A DNA stretch of 64,000 nucleotides from Azolla caroliniana (Eukaryota; Plantae; Polypodiophyta), in the NCBI GenBank assembly GCA_043228905.1, contig JBHGNT010000011.1:21824001-21888000 (forward strand), given 5' to 3'. The position numbers and the translations under genes are program-made. The notes beneath the pieces were generated by a model. That model saw only the letters and a program-made list of their open reading frames with translations. It ran no database searches and had not been told where the DNA came from. The stretch's first letter is position 1. Each line of letters opens with the position of its first letter. Below, piece after piece: positions 50,901 to 61,439 of the stretch.

Positions 50901-51703
50901 TCAAAAAATGCAAAGTATACTTCCATCAATTTAAAATTTAGTATAATTAGGATAATGCATGGATACATATGTGATAATGGATATGCTAAGGATGTCTTAG
51001 TCAAAGTTGAAAACACATTTTTAAGCGCTCACTCGCAAGCACTAAAATCTCTCCTTCACAAAAAACAATTGATCTATTTGAGTTAAGAATCTCACTTAAT
51101 GAATAACTTCCCTCTTTTGGAAAATAAACACAAGGTTCATGGATATATAAGGGTCGGGTCTTATTGTGCACTCTACCCATTTTCTCGTTTCTCCATTCTT
51201 GTCCGTTTTCTTGTTTTCTCTGTTCTTGTATTGTTGCCAAACTTGAGTTGTCATTGTGCATGCCCCTTAAACATGGCACATGCTAGGTGTAGTATGTGTT
51301 CGAGTTGCCTAGCCTATTGGCACCAATTTCGGGGGCAATTGGTTGTGTGGTGAGTTCTCTATTCTTTTGTGACTTTGCTAATGACTACACAATTAATGCC
51401 TCATTCAAAGGGTTAGTGTCTTGTGTACTTTTGTAATAGGTTGATTAACACATTTCAATATGTATACTAAGAATTAATAGTTATGAACTATCCACGATGA
51501 ATGTTTGGTATCTTGTGTTCTTTTGTAGGTCGAACTTCATATTTCAAGCATACAAGATTAATTGTACTATCACGAAATTACGTCTTTTTCCAATCATCGA
51601 GTTGCATCCTATACATATATGCATTTCAACTAGGTTATGGTTAATGTAGGCATTAAATATTCAAGGCATTCTTGGACATTTCTATCCCATTTAGTTTTGC
51701 CTC

Positions 51704-52319
51704 TTTTTTTCCAAAAAAATATACTACATTAGTATTAGAAAACGCCATAAGGCTATACATACAAATTACAATATATACCACAACTCTCGTGTATTTTTCT
51801 AAATTCTAACCATCGGCTTACATAAATACTTTGGTGCCGAGTAAAACCATTCCACCTTATCAACAAGCCGTCTATAAATATATACGTATGTCCCAGATGG
51901 CATGAAACTCCAAACGCTTAAGCTCCGCTTGGTGAGTATTACCTTTTATAATATCCAACAACCCTCTGAGATTATGGACAATCTCTGTCCAAATTCTCAA
52001 ATTTATTTGGGAAGGTCTTTCAATCACATTTTGAAATACCTTCAAACATTGAGCCTTCCAAATATACCAAATTGTATTACTACTTACCAATTGCCATATT
52101 CGAGGTTTATTAGTTTGTATTTGTGGATTCAAAGGGATCAATTTTTTCTCCATCAAACCATATCTCATCACAATAGCATCTGCAACATCCTCCTTTTCAT
52201 ATACCATAGGTTTATCATGTACCACCGCCCATAATACCGCCCCCCGTGTATATACACTGCTCTAGGATATACTAGAGTTAATAAATTTATGATTCATTTC
52301 CATATCTCATCACAATAGC
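51704..52319 (-). mobile_element. LINE 3' fragment
   Basis: WYIWKAQC...IWTEIVHNLRG...WFYSAPK, with tail AATACTAATGTAGTATATTTTTTTGGAAAAAAA. Confidence 0.8.
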
Positions 52320-54666
52320 TTTGCCTTTTGTGTCCATTATGTTAAGTAGGTCACTTTTTTACCAATCAGAAACATGAGACAACTTCTTCAAGACGCGGAT
52401 GAAGATGTTCTGAGTTCTCCCCAGCCCTTATAGTGGCAAAGGTTAAATGCTCCTCATTCAAGATGCCGATGTACCAGGCTGGCCAACAATGTTACAAGAG
52501 ACAAAAGAAATGACCTTAAAAATTTAATCTTGATGAGCACAACAAGCATCTAGAGACACAATTGTTTTCAAGTTCTGTTCCTTAAATTTCTAAATTAAGA
52601 TTTGTTTCAAGATATCTTAATTTCTTGATTCGAAAGTTGATTGTGATTTAATTTGTTGTCAATCTTTCTATTTATTAAGAGCAATATCAATATTAAAGGG
52701 CAATGTTATCATTTAATGTTGTAAATATGTTTATTAGGAGCATTTGTTCAACTAAACTTTTGAAAATGTTTCTCGAGATTTGAACCATAACCTCGAATCT
52801 TGCTAGGTGTAAGCTTTACCACTATGTAGGTAATCATGTTCAAGAACATGAAGATAAAATCTTAGACTTTTAAGGTTTTGGAAACCATTAGCTATACTTT
52901 GTGACCAAAGTTATTTTGAGATTCACCAAATTTACAATAAAAGAGCGGAAAGCAATTATTTGCTAAAATGAGGCTACATATGTGAGATTTTGAAAAACAT
53001 TTAGCCCAAGCTTTTGTATATTTTTTTATTCATCAATTTACATTTAGCAATTCTACAAACAATCATTTCTAGAGACACCTAAAATATTTATAAAGGTAAT
53101 GATTTCACACTTTTAGCACATGATGTCATGTTTAATTGAGTGCTCTTAATACAAGAGACTGCTTTCAACTACAACAAAACATATATATTAAGTATATTCA
53201 ACATAAGACAAGTTTTAGTTTTAGATGTAGACGAGCATCCTTTAATAATTGGCCGTTAACACTTACGGAAAGTTCGACTAGTCTACGCAAGAGGCAACTT
53301 GACTATGACAAATATATTGTCAAGTTCATTGCAATAACATAAATCAATTTGCAGCCCAAAAAAGCAAATAGTGCAAGGTCTTGATTGTGATAACAATTTA
53401 GTGGCATTGACAAATGAAAAGGAGTAGAATCAAAGACACATGTCATATTGTTGCGATGATGAGAACCTAATCATGTGTGGTAACGTAATAGACGTTAAAG
53501 TTTTCTTGGATCACATCAAGAGAGCCCAAGTGTATCATTAATCTCAACAATAAAGTTAGAGGCAAGTAAAATATTATATTTTACCTCTTATACATACTTG
53601 AAGTTCGTGACATTAATAGCATGAACCATTTTTGTCGACATCGTTCAGGGCTCTCACAAAAAGAACCCACTACAAAAAGAGCATTTCATGAGCTTCTCTT
53701 GAATGAGTGGTGCATGGCATATATTTGGGGCAACTCAATAGTGGTTGGGGCAATAGCATATACGAGAAATCAATGGAGTCCATTGAATGCATGTTGTCAT
53801 ATCCTTTGGGCAAATCGACCTCGATCAAGAGTGATACCATACAATAGCTTCTGATTTGAAAAAGCATTGCCATTGGTTTTATATTTACCAAGGATGAGAT
53901 TGTCAAAGGCGAGGTAATACAAGAGCTTAGACTTCAGCGTAATAGAAACATAACGAGGATATGACATTTGACTCGAAGAAGGAACCAAGGGTGCGAAAAG
54001 CATAGAATGATGAGGGAGATAAGAGCATACGATAGACAAGCTTCAACTAGACAAAGCAACGACATTGGTTTCATAACATTGAGGCCTTGGTTTCGGGCAG
54101 AGACAGGAGCCCGAGACCCGGGGGTGGGTGGGTTATGTGTGTGGTGATATATGTACATATGGAGATGGATAGATCATAGGACGAAAGAGAAGCCAAAAGG
54201 ACAGAGAGACGATGGGTTGGAGGGTCCGTCCGTCCGGACGAACCCACACAAAAACAAAAAGACGATAAGATATTTTTGTAGTGTGAATGCAAGCAAGCAA
54301 AACGAGCAGAAAAGAAAGAAAGACAATCAGAGAGAGGGAGAGAAGAGAAGAGAGAGTGGATGGATATTCTTCCTTTTCTTCCTTCCTTCTTCATTGTCTT
54401 TTTTAAGTCTTCATCTTCTCTGGTCCCTCTGTGTCTGTGCGACCTGCGGTGACGCCAACCGTCCATTCTTCCTGTAGCGTCTTCTTCATTCTCACAAGGT
54501 ATGCGTTTCTTCATCCACAACCTTCCATTTCGCCATTTTTATGCAGATTCGGAGCTTCCCCGTTGCCACGGATCATTCCCCTTTCCCTTTCTTCGTCGAG
54601 AACCATGCTCCATTTTCGTTTAATGCAGAACCAAAAGCATCTCCATAGCCGCAGATCCTTCCATCC

Positions 54667-54668
<2 letters not shown>

Positions 54669-54740
<72 letters not shown>
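54669..54740. repeat. (CA)n(CT)n microsatellite in the probable 5'UTR intron of the F-box gene
   Basis: Direct reading; candidate donor AAG|GTATGC at ~54499 and acceptor TTTTCCAG at 55089. Confidence 0.85.
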
Positions 54741-54745
<5 letters not shown>

Positions 54746-55127
54746 GAAGAGGAAGAATTATTGTTTCTATGCATAATTTGAGCCATGCATCCTTCTCTAG
54801 AAACCCTTCCCCCTCTCCCCCTTTTTTTTTATGTATAATCATAACTTCGCAATTGCCATGAATCCATTGATTTCCTTCTCAGTCTTGAGCTCCTATATAA
54901 AGTCCTACGATGATTACCGTTTTATTTCAATACACTTCTGCTTCTCCTTTCCTTTTTTCTGATGGACTTTTCCATCGGTCGTTTATGTGAATCCTCTCAG
55001 ATTTGAGAATATCTGACGACTTTGTGAGATTTTGTTTGTTTGTTTTCTCGTTTTCTCCTGTTTATGTTTCTCTATGTGTTTTTTTCCAGATTCGTAGAGA
55101 TGGAATGAAATGCTTCAAAGCACAGTG

Positions 55128-56245
55128 ACAGTTGGTTTTCATAAAGGAAAACTTTTTTTATACAAATCTCTAGCCATATTGATCAAAACAGTATCAGTTA
55201 GGGTTTATTGAGGAGAACCCTGCACAGTAAACCTTAGTCAGATCCACGAAAACCGTACAGTTAGGGTTTCGGCGTGGGAAAACTTGCGACGTAAATTGTA
55301 TAGCCATCAGATCAGTCATTGGAATGGATAAGCCTGCAAAGTGAACCCTAATTGGATCCATCAGAATAGGAATATTTAGGGTTTTTGCAACGAAAGACCT
55401 GTACAAGAAATCCTACCTTGATCCATTGGATAAGTGCAGTTAGGCTTTTGGCAGGGAGCGTTCGGCCACAGTAGACTCTAAGTAGAGCCATCAGACTGGA
55501 TGTGTTTTGGTGAGGATGGCTTTACCAAAACATCAATCCCTAACCTCATTCATCAAATTAGGAAAGGGTTCTGTTCCATGATGATATTGCTTGTTGACTA
55601 AGCAGGAAGCCCTAAACGGAATTATCAGCAGAGTAACAGTTTGGTTTTTGGTGATGGTAAATTTAAGTGCATTAAATTTCTGACCAGATCAATCAGGACA
55701 GTAAGAATCGTTGTATTACAAGGAAAACCTCGCAAAGTAAAACTGCAATAAAATTCATCAGAACACTAACAATAAGGTTTTGGTGAATGGAAGATTGCTC
55801 ACAATAGAAACCCTATATATTCATCCATCCGAACAGAAAGAGGAAGTGTTTTGGAAAGGAGACATTCCTGCTATTTTAAGACGCTAATCAGATTTATCAA
55901 CAAAGGAACAGATAAGAGTTTTGGGTAGAGGAAGATCTTGCTGAGAAAAACCCCTAAGTATATACACGGAGAAAGTAATATTTAATGTTTGGGCAACAGG
56001 AAAACCTTGCTAAGGAAAGGCCCTAAACAAACACATGAGCAAAGTAATACTTAGGGTTTTGGCAAGAGGAAAATTCTGTCCAGAGAAAATCTTAACCAGA
56101 TATCTCTATATCTAGCAGGGGAGTAACAGTAAGAGTTTTGGCAAAAGGAAAAGTGTACAAATAGAATCCTAACAAGATCCATCTGCAGGGTGACGTTTAG
56201 AGTTGTGGCAGGAGGAAAAGCTTGTCCAGCACAACTCTAAATATC
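55128..56245. repeat. Degenerate tandem array of about 17 units of ~60-80 bp with TTAGGGTTT...AAACCCTAA-like inverted motifs
   Basis: Recurrent CAGTTAGGGTTTTGGC...GGAAAA...AAACCCTAA-like units. Confidence 0.75.
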
Positions 56246-56278
56246 TATATCTCTTTAACCCATTAACAAATTGAATCA

Positions 56279-57583
56279 ATGGTGAGAGAATACGACAGAA
56301 GAGAAGGAATGGCTTTCAACAAAAACCTCTCTCCATTAAGAATTTCTTCAGGAAAACCATTGATACCAACCTCACCACCATCATCACCTACATCACACCC
56401 TTCCTCACCTCTATGGACACCTTCTTCTTCAGCAATAGATTTAGCTTCATCGCCATCATGTTTTTCTTCTTGCCCATCCACACCATTCAGTTGCCGTGTT
56501 CAGACTGATATCCGCCCAAGTTTTCACGAGCCACTTATGTCTGGATTACCCGACGACCTCGCGTTAGCATGTTTTCTACGTCTTCCTTATTCATCTCAAG
56601 CATCTGCAAAGATGGTTTGTCACAGATGGAGATCATTCCTGTGTAGCGAAGAATATATACACACACGACGCAACAGTGGGTTTGCTGAACCCTGGCTCCT
56701 TGTATTAGCTTTCAATAAGGTTAGTGGAAAGATTCAGTGGCAAGCATGGGAACCTACCCTTAGAGCATGGCATATCATGGAAGGAATGCCTTACAAGGAG
56801 AGAATTTGTCCACCTGGGTATGGTTGTGTCGCAGACCCTGAAGAGGGTTCTTTGTATGTCTGTGGAGGTATGCGATCAGATATGGATTGCCCCATGGATA
56901 GCCTTCTGAAGTATGATTTTGTAAAGAACAATTGGATCGAGATGGCATCTATGTCTACCCCAAGATCATTTTTTGCCACTGGTGTTATCAATGGGAAGAT
57001 ATATGCTGCAGGGGGCAATAGTACCGCTTCACATGAGCTTAAATCGGCTGAGGTTTATGACCCTACCCTCGATCAATGGAACTCTATTGCTAGTATGGGA
57101 ACCAATATGTCTCGCTATGATTCAGCGGTTTTGAATGGAAAGCTTTACGTTACAGAAGGTTGGTCATGGCCATTTGATGCCTCACCTCGTGGCCAAATTT
57201 ATGATCCAAAGGTAGACATGTGGGAAAGCATGTCAGTGGGTATGAGAGAAGGCTGGACAGGGCTAAGTGTAGTGCTGGATGATAATCTCTATATCATCTC
57301 AGAGCTCGATAATTGGAAGTTAAAGGTATTCGATAGAGATTCTGATGCTTGGAAAGAGGTAAGCGGAGCACCGATGCCTTCTCATATGAACCTACCCTTA
57401 TCCGTGAATGCAGTGGATGGTAAGCTTGTGGTGGTTTCCCGAAGTTTGCATATTGTTCTTGGTACTATCTCTCATTCAGAAGATGAAGGAAGGTCATCGA
57501 GTTCGGTTGAATGGCAATCTATTCATGCCCCTGATGTATTCGCAGATTTTGCCCCTTCACATTCAGTTGTGCTTTTGGTGTAA
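56279..57583 (+). CDS. F-box/kelch-repeat protein (At1g30090-like), intronless CDS
   Basis: F-box PLMSGLPDDLALACFLRLP...VCHRW; kelch repeats YVCGG, RSFFATGVINGKIYAAGG and YVTEGW; REGWTG motif. Confidence 0.95.
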   Translation: MVREYDRREGMAFNKNLSPLRISSGKPLIPTSPPSSPTSHPSSPLWTPSSSAIDLASSPSCFSSCPSTPFSCRVQTDIRPSFHEPLMSGLPDDLALACFLRLPYSSQASAKMVCHRWRSFLCSEEYIHTRRNSGFAEPWLLVLAFNKVSGKIQWQAWEPTLRAWHIMEGMPYKERICPPGYGCVADPEEGSLYVCGGMRSDMDCPMDSLLKYDFVKNNWIEMASMSTPRSFFATGVINGKIYAAGGNSTASHELKSAEVYDPTLDQWNSIASMGTNMSRYDSAVLNGKLYVTEGWSWPFDASPRGQIYDPKVDMWESMSVGMREGWTGLSVVLDDNLYIISELDNWKLKVFDRDSDAWKEVSGAPMPSHMNLPLSVNAVDGKLVVVSRSLHIVLGTISHSEDEGRSSSSVEWQSIHAPDVFADFAPSHSVVLLV

Positions 57584-58375
57584 TTTCATTCCTATAGTGG
57601 TTGGATGGGTGTATGTTTTGCATGGATCGAAGTGCTCCTTGGCATGCATAGTTGCTTGAAGTATAGAACCAGAACCTTCTAAAAACCTCTTTTAAGTGCT
57701 TTTTTTTCTTTATCTTCACGTCCAATTTTCTTTATGTGGGGCCATTGGAGGCCCAACAAAGAATTTGTAAGGTATTCATTGTTTTCTTTTTCTCACACGA
57801 GATAATGATGCAATTTATATTTTATTGGAATTTTGATGTTATAATATCCATGTGTGAAATTGGAATATCATTTGCCAAGATTTGTAGTGATAATTTGGTA
57901 AAAGTTTTTTGAGGATATCTTTCTTTGGTTTCTCTAAGGTTAGTTGAGAGGCGGCTAGCAAATATCTTTGTCATCGCCTTGAAGGAATATATGATGTTTA
58001 AGGATAATGTATAGATATGATTAGAATACATACACACATGCCTAGTAGTTGAACACGAGAAAGTGATAAGTCGGGTTGAAACAATTGATATATATATTCA
58101 CTAAGATCTACATCTTGGAGCTAAGGCCTTTCTTTTGTGTTTTTCTTGTGAAGTGATTCTTTGACTTCTTTGCCGAGCATTCAATATATTATTATTATGA
58201 AATTTCTTTTCTGTGAGTTAACAATATTGTTTATCACATGAAAATATTTTTGTGCTATGATAGGAGGTGTTGGAATGAGGAGCAACAAAAATGTTGTAGA
58301 TGAATATAAGATTGTGAACTTACAATATACCACGTTCATTCCTCAACATATGGATGGTCCATAGATCAAGTACTT

Positions 58376-58631
58376 GCTCCACCAAGTTCTACTTTGGTCA
58401 AGAATGGAAGTTCGGAGAGTTAGATTGTAGTTGACCTTATAAAGAAGTTAAATACCATTAAAATGGAGTACTCATTATGGGGTTAGATTGTAGTTGACAC
58501 TATAAAGGAGTTAATACCATTAAAATGGAGTATTCATTATTTGTAGTTTTACTTTGTAGTGAGGTTTATTTTAGCCTTTTTATGTAGTATTGGAAGCATT
58601 TGCTCCACCGATTCTACTTTGGTCATGAATG
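58376..58631. repeat. Local duplications: two tandem ~62-bp copies inside a ~30-bp direct repeat
   Basis: GTTAGATTGTAGTTGAC...ATGGAGTA at 58420 and 58482; TGCTCCACC..TTCTACTTTGGTCA at 58376 and 58601. Confidence 0.8.
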
Positions 58632-60043
58632 TGAGCCTAGTGAACTAGGTGGCAAGGGCTGACGCCAAAAACCAATACCAAAAAAAGTTGAGAAATGGAA
58701 AGTAATGTTAAATAATTTTATTGTAAGAAGAGCAAGAGCTACAAGGTATGTAGAAGATTGACATTGAATCAAAACAATTAGCTGACATTGAGATCTTTTA
58801 TACATATTGTAATCCTAACCTTATGTATGCTCATCACCTAGATTTTTTTAATCTAAACTAAACTTTTGTGAGGGGTCTATTTACATAACAAAAAATCAAG
58901 CTAAATTTTTTGACAAATATATGTTAAGCAAGAATTTTGATAATTTGATAGAAGGGTTTTTTGTGAAGCCTTGTTTTTATGTCAAGTCAAGAGAATGGAG
59001 TTCGAATTTGCATAATAGTGTCACCACTGTGTCGTGACAAATAGCTTCATTGGCACATAACTATATACATCGAAAAATAAATCATATGTCTATTTGATCG
59101 CAATCATATTCCCATATAGCAATGATGTGAATGGACATCTCGAGCCCCAAATCATTTGATGTGTCTAGCAACGAACCGCCTTATCTTTCCTATTTATGAT
59201 TACCAAACTATTGACTTGGGTTTTGTTCTACACCTTGATTGGAAACAATATCATGGATGGTGTCGCAGTGCTTTTGGGTAATCAACTCCCAATGTTATGG
59301 TTTAATGCAAAGGACAAGATGTAGGAAACAATTGTACAAACATGACCACATGTGGCTAGATGATAATGGACGAAATGTCTACTGTAGTAGTAAGAGACCT
59401 ACTCACAAAATGCCTATAGGAGTAAAAGTTGTGGTAAGTAAGAGAGAGAAGACCTATGTGTAGTGGTCATGAAGAGAGAGAGAGGCGTCACTTGGTAAGG
59501 TTACTTAATAGAGAGCAAAAGGTGATGGGTTCAACCCCTACATTCCACTATGGTATCTAGTAAATTAAGAGATACGTATGGAGTCATAGTATGAAGCATA
59601 CATACCATTCGTGCAATCACATTTTCTATCATTCTTATCATTCGCGTAAGAAAAACACCCTCGAAGTATGGCAAATACCATACTTTTGCACTCATTATTT
59701 ATTATAAGGTAAATTTTTTTCAGGTAAGAAAGTTAAGGTAAAAACTGTAAAAAAAGAAGTATGTTTTAATAACATATGCATTCGTTTTCATACGTATGAA
59801 CACGAATATTACGTACTATGTATGGAGTAATAGAGGAGAGAAAAGGCACTACGAAGATTATCATAGAAAACCAGAAAAAAATCACATGGAGTCAAATCGA
59901 TTATATGGACACTTCTGTCAGTTTGTTGCTTCATAAGGATGTGAAAATTTCGAGTTCTCTATAGTGTTATTGTTCTTTCTTTCTTACCACGTCCTGGAAT
60001 CCCGCCCTCTTTCCTCATCAGAGAGTGGGGTCCGATAGGGGTT

Positions 60044-60098
60044 CATCACCATCACCATCACCATCACCATCACCATCACCATCACCATCACCATCACC
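60044..60098. repeat. (CATCAC)n microsatellite
   Basis: Direct reading. Confidence 0.9.
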
Positions 60099-61030
60099 GT
60101 CGTCGTTATCATCATTGTCGACATGGTCATCGTTTTCAGGATACCTCTCAGATCGATCCTTTCTTGATTGAGGCTATCAATTGTCGTAACTGTTTCACAA
60201 GTAAGTAGTTTGTTTCTAACTTCTTTTAGTATTATGTTCAATCCCAGTGTTTCTAAATATTCCGCAGAAGTAGCTTGGAGGTTCTCCGTAGTTTCATATT
60301 TAGGTTTCCATCCTTTCTCTGATGGCGTAAGCGCTTTGCAGTCAACATTTCTCATTCCGATCTTAATCTTAGGGTTTTTTGACTTATGTATCACGAAATA
60401 AGCAGTTTGCAATTAACGTCTTGTAATCTCATGCTAAAAGCTTAGGTATTTACGCTGGTGTTCACGAAATAATCACTTTGCAGTTAACTTCTTTAAACCT
60501 TATGTGAAAATATTAGGATTTTTAGACTTACTCTCATTCAATAAGCAGTTCTCGGTCAAACTTCTTTTAATATTAGGAATTTTATACTTACTTTCATTAA
60601 GTAAGAAGTAAGAAGTAAGAAGTTAAGGTGAAACTAGTGTCAATCTTATGCCAGGTAGCAAGTTAGCGTTTTGCAGTTTTTTGTTAGTTTCTAGGATTTC
60701 GAGGTTCTCTGATGAGGCCAACTTTCTTCAATACAATGGTAGATTCTAAGGTTTGAACTGATTCTCATGAAGTAAGCAGTTCACACTTCAACTTTGTGCC
60801 GTCCTATTTTAAATTCTATGGCTTTGGTGTACGTTGATGAAGTAGGGTATACTGGAGAATGCATTTTTCTGTAGCTGAATGTCCATGTCTTTCTTTATTA
60901 AGTAAACTGAAGCTGGTAAGAATCTTCAAGTTAATATTATTCAATTAATTTTTACGTATGGTTAGCACATACCTTGCAAATGGAACCTTCTTTTGTTCTT
61001 TCTATATGTAGTCGAGGGTGTTCCTCTGTA

Positions 61031-61183
61031 TTTGTTGAATAAAGGTAACATGAAAGACTTTTATGCTTCCTTCTTGTTGTAGATGATTGCTCTTGCATAT
61101 CGTTGTGGAAGTTCCTAGATAGTATCACTATGCAAGAGCAATCATCTGCATAAAAGTCTTTCATGTTACCTTTATTCAACAAA
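61031..61183. other. Long perfect inverted repeat; candidate hairpin RNA or MIRNA precursor
   Basis: 61031-61066 pairs with 61148-61183 (36/36) and 61081-61099 pairs with 61129-61147 (19/19); 14-nt bulge and 29-nt loop. Confidence 0.6.
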
Positions 61184-61439
61184 CAAATGCTTATTAGGTT
61201 ACTAGGGTCTCTCTGTGTAAAGTTATGCATCCTTGATGATGAGGCTAAAATGGCTGAAGATTGAATTTCTCACTGCTAATTATAAAATTACTGCAGTGTT
61301 GTTCTTGTAGAAGTGTGACTGACATTATGATCTTTTGGTGTCAATGTCTTAAAATTTTCTTGAGCTGTGTTGGTTGGAAATCATTAGATATCATTTTATC
61401 CTACAGATTCAAGTGTCCTCTCTCTTAGGTAAAGAGGGA

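Noticed and set aside
54071-54842. Short ORFs with ERER, VCVC or HTHT runs (also at 1.6, 2.4 and 19.6 kb)
   Set aside because: Translations of microsatellites and purine-rich UTR or promoter sequence.
59984-60412. 142-aa ORF with (VM)n, or a poly-His frame on the + strand
   Set aside because: Artefact of the (CATCAC)n microsatellite; no nearby ATG found for the His frame.
60952-61230. FYADD in a minus ORF as a reverse-transcriptase motif
   Set aside because: No other RT motifs flank it; probably chance.
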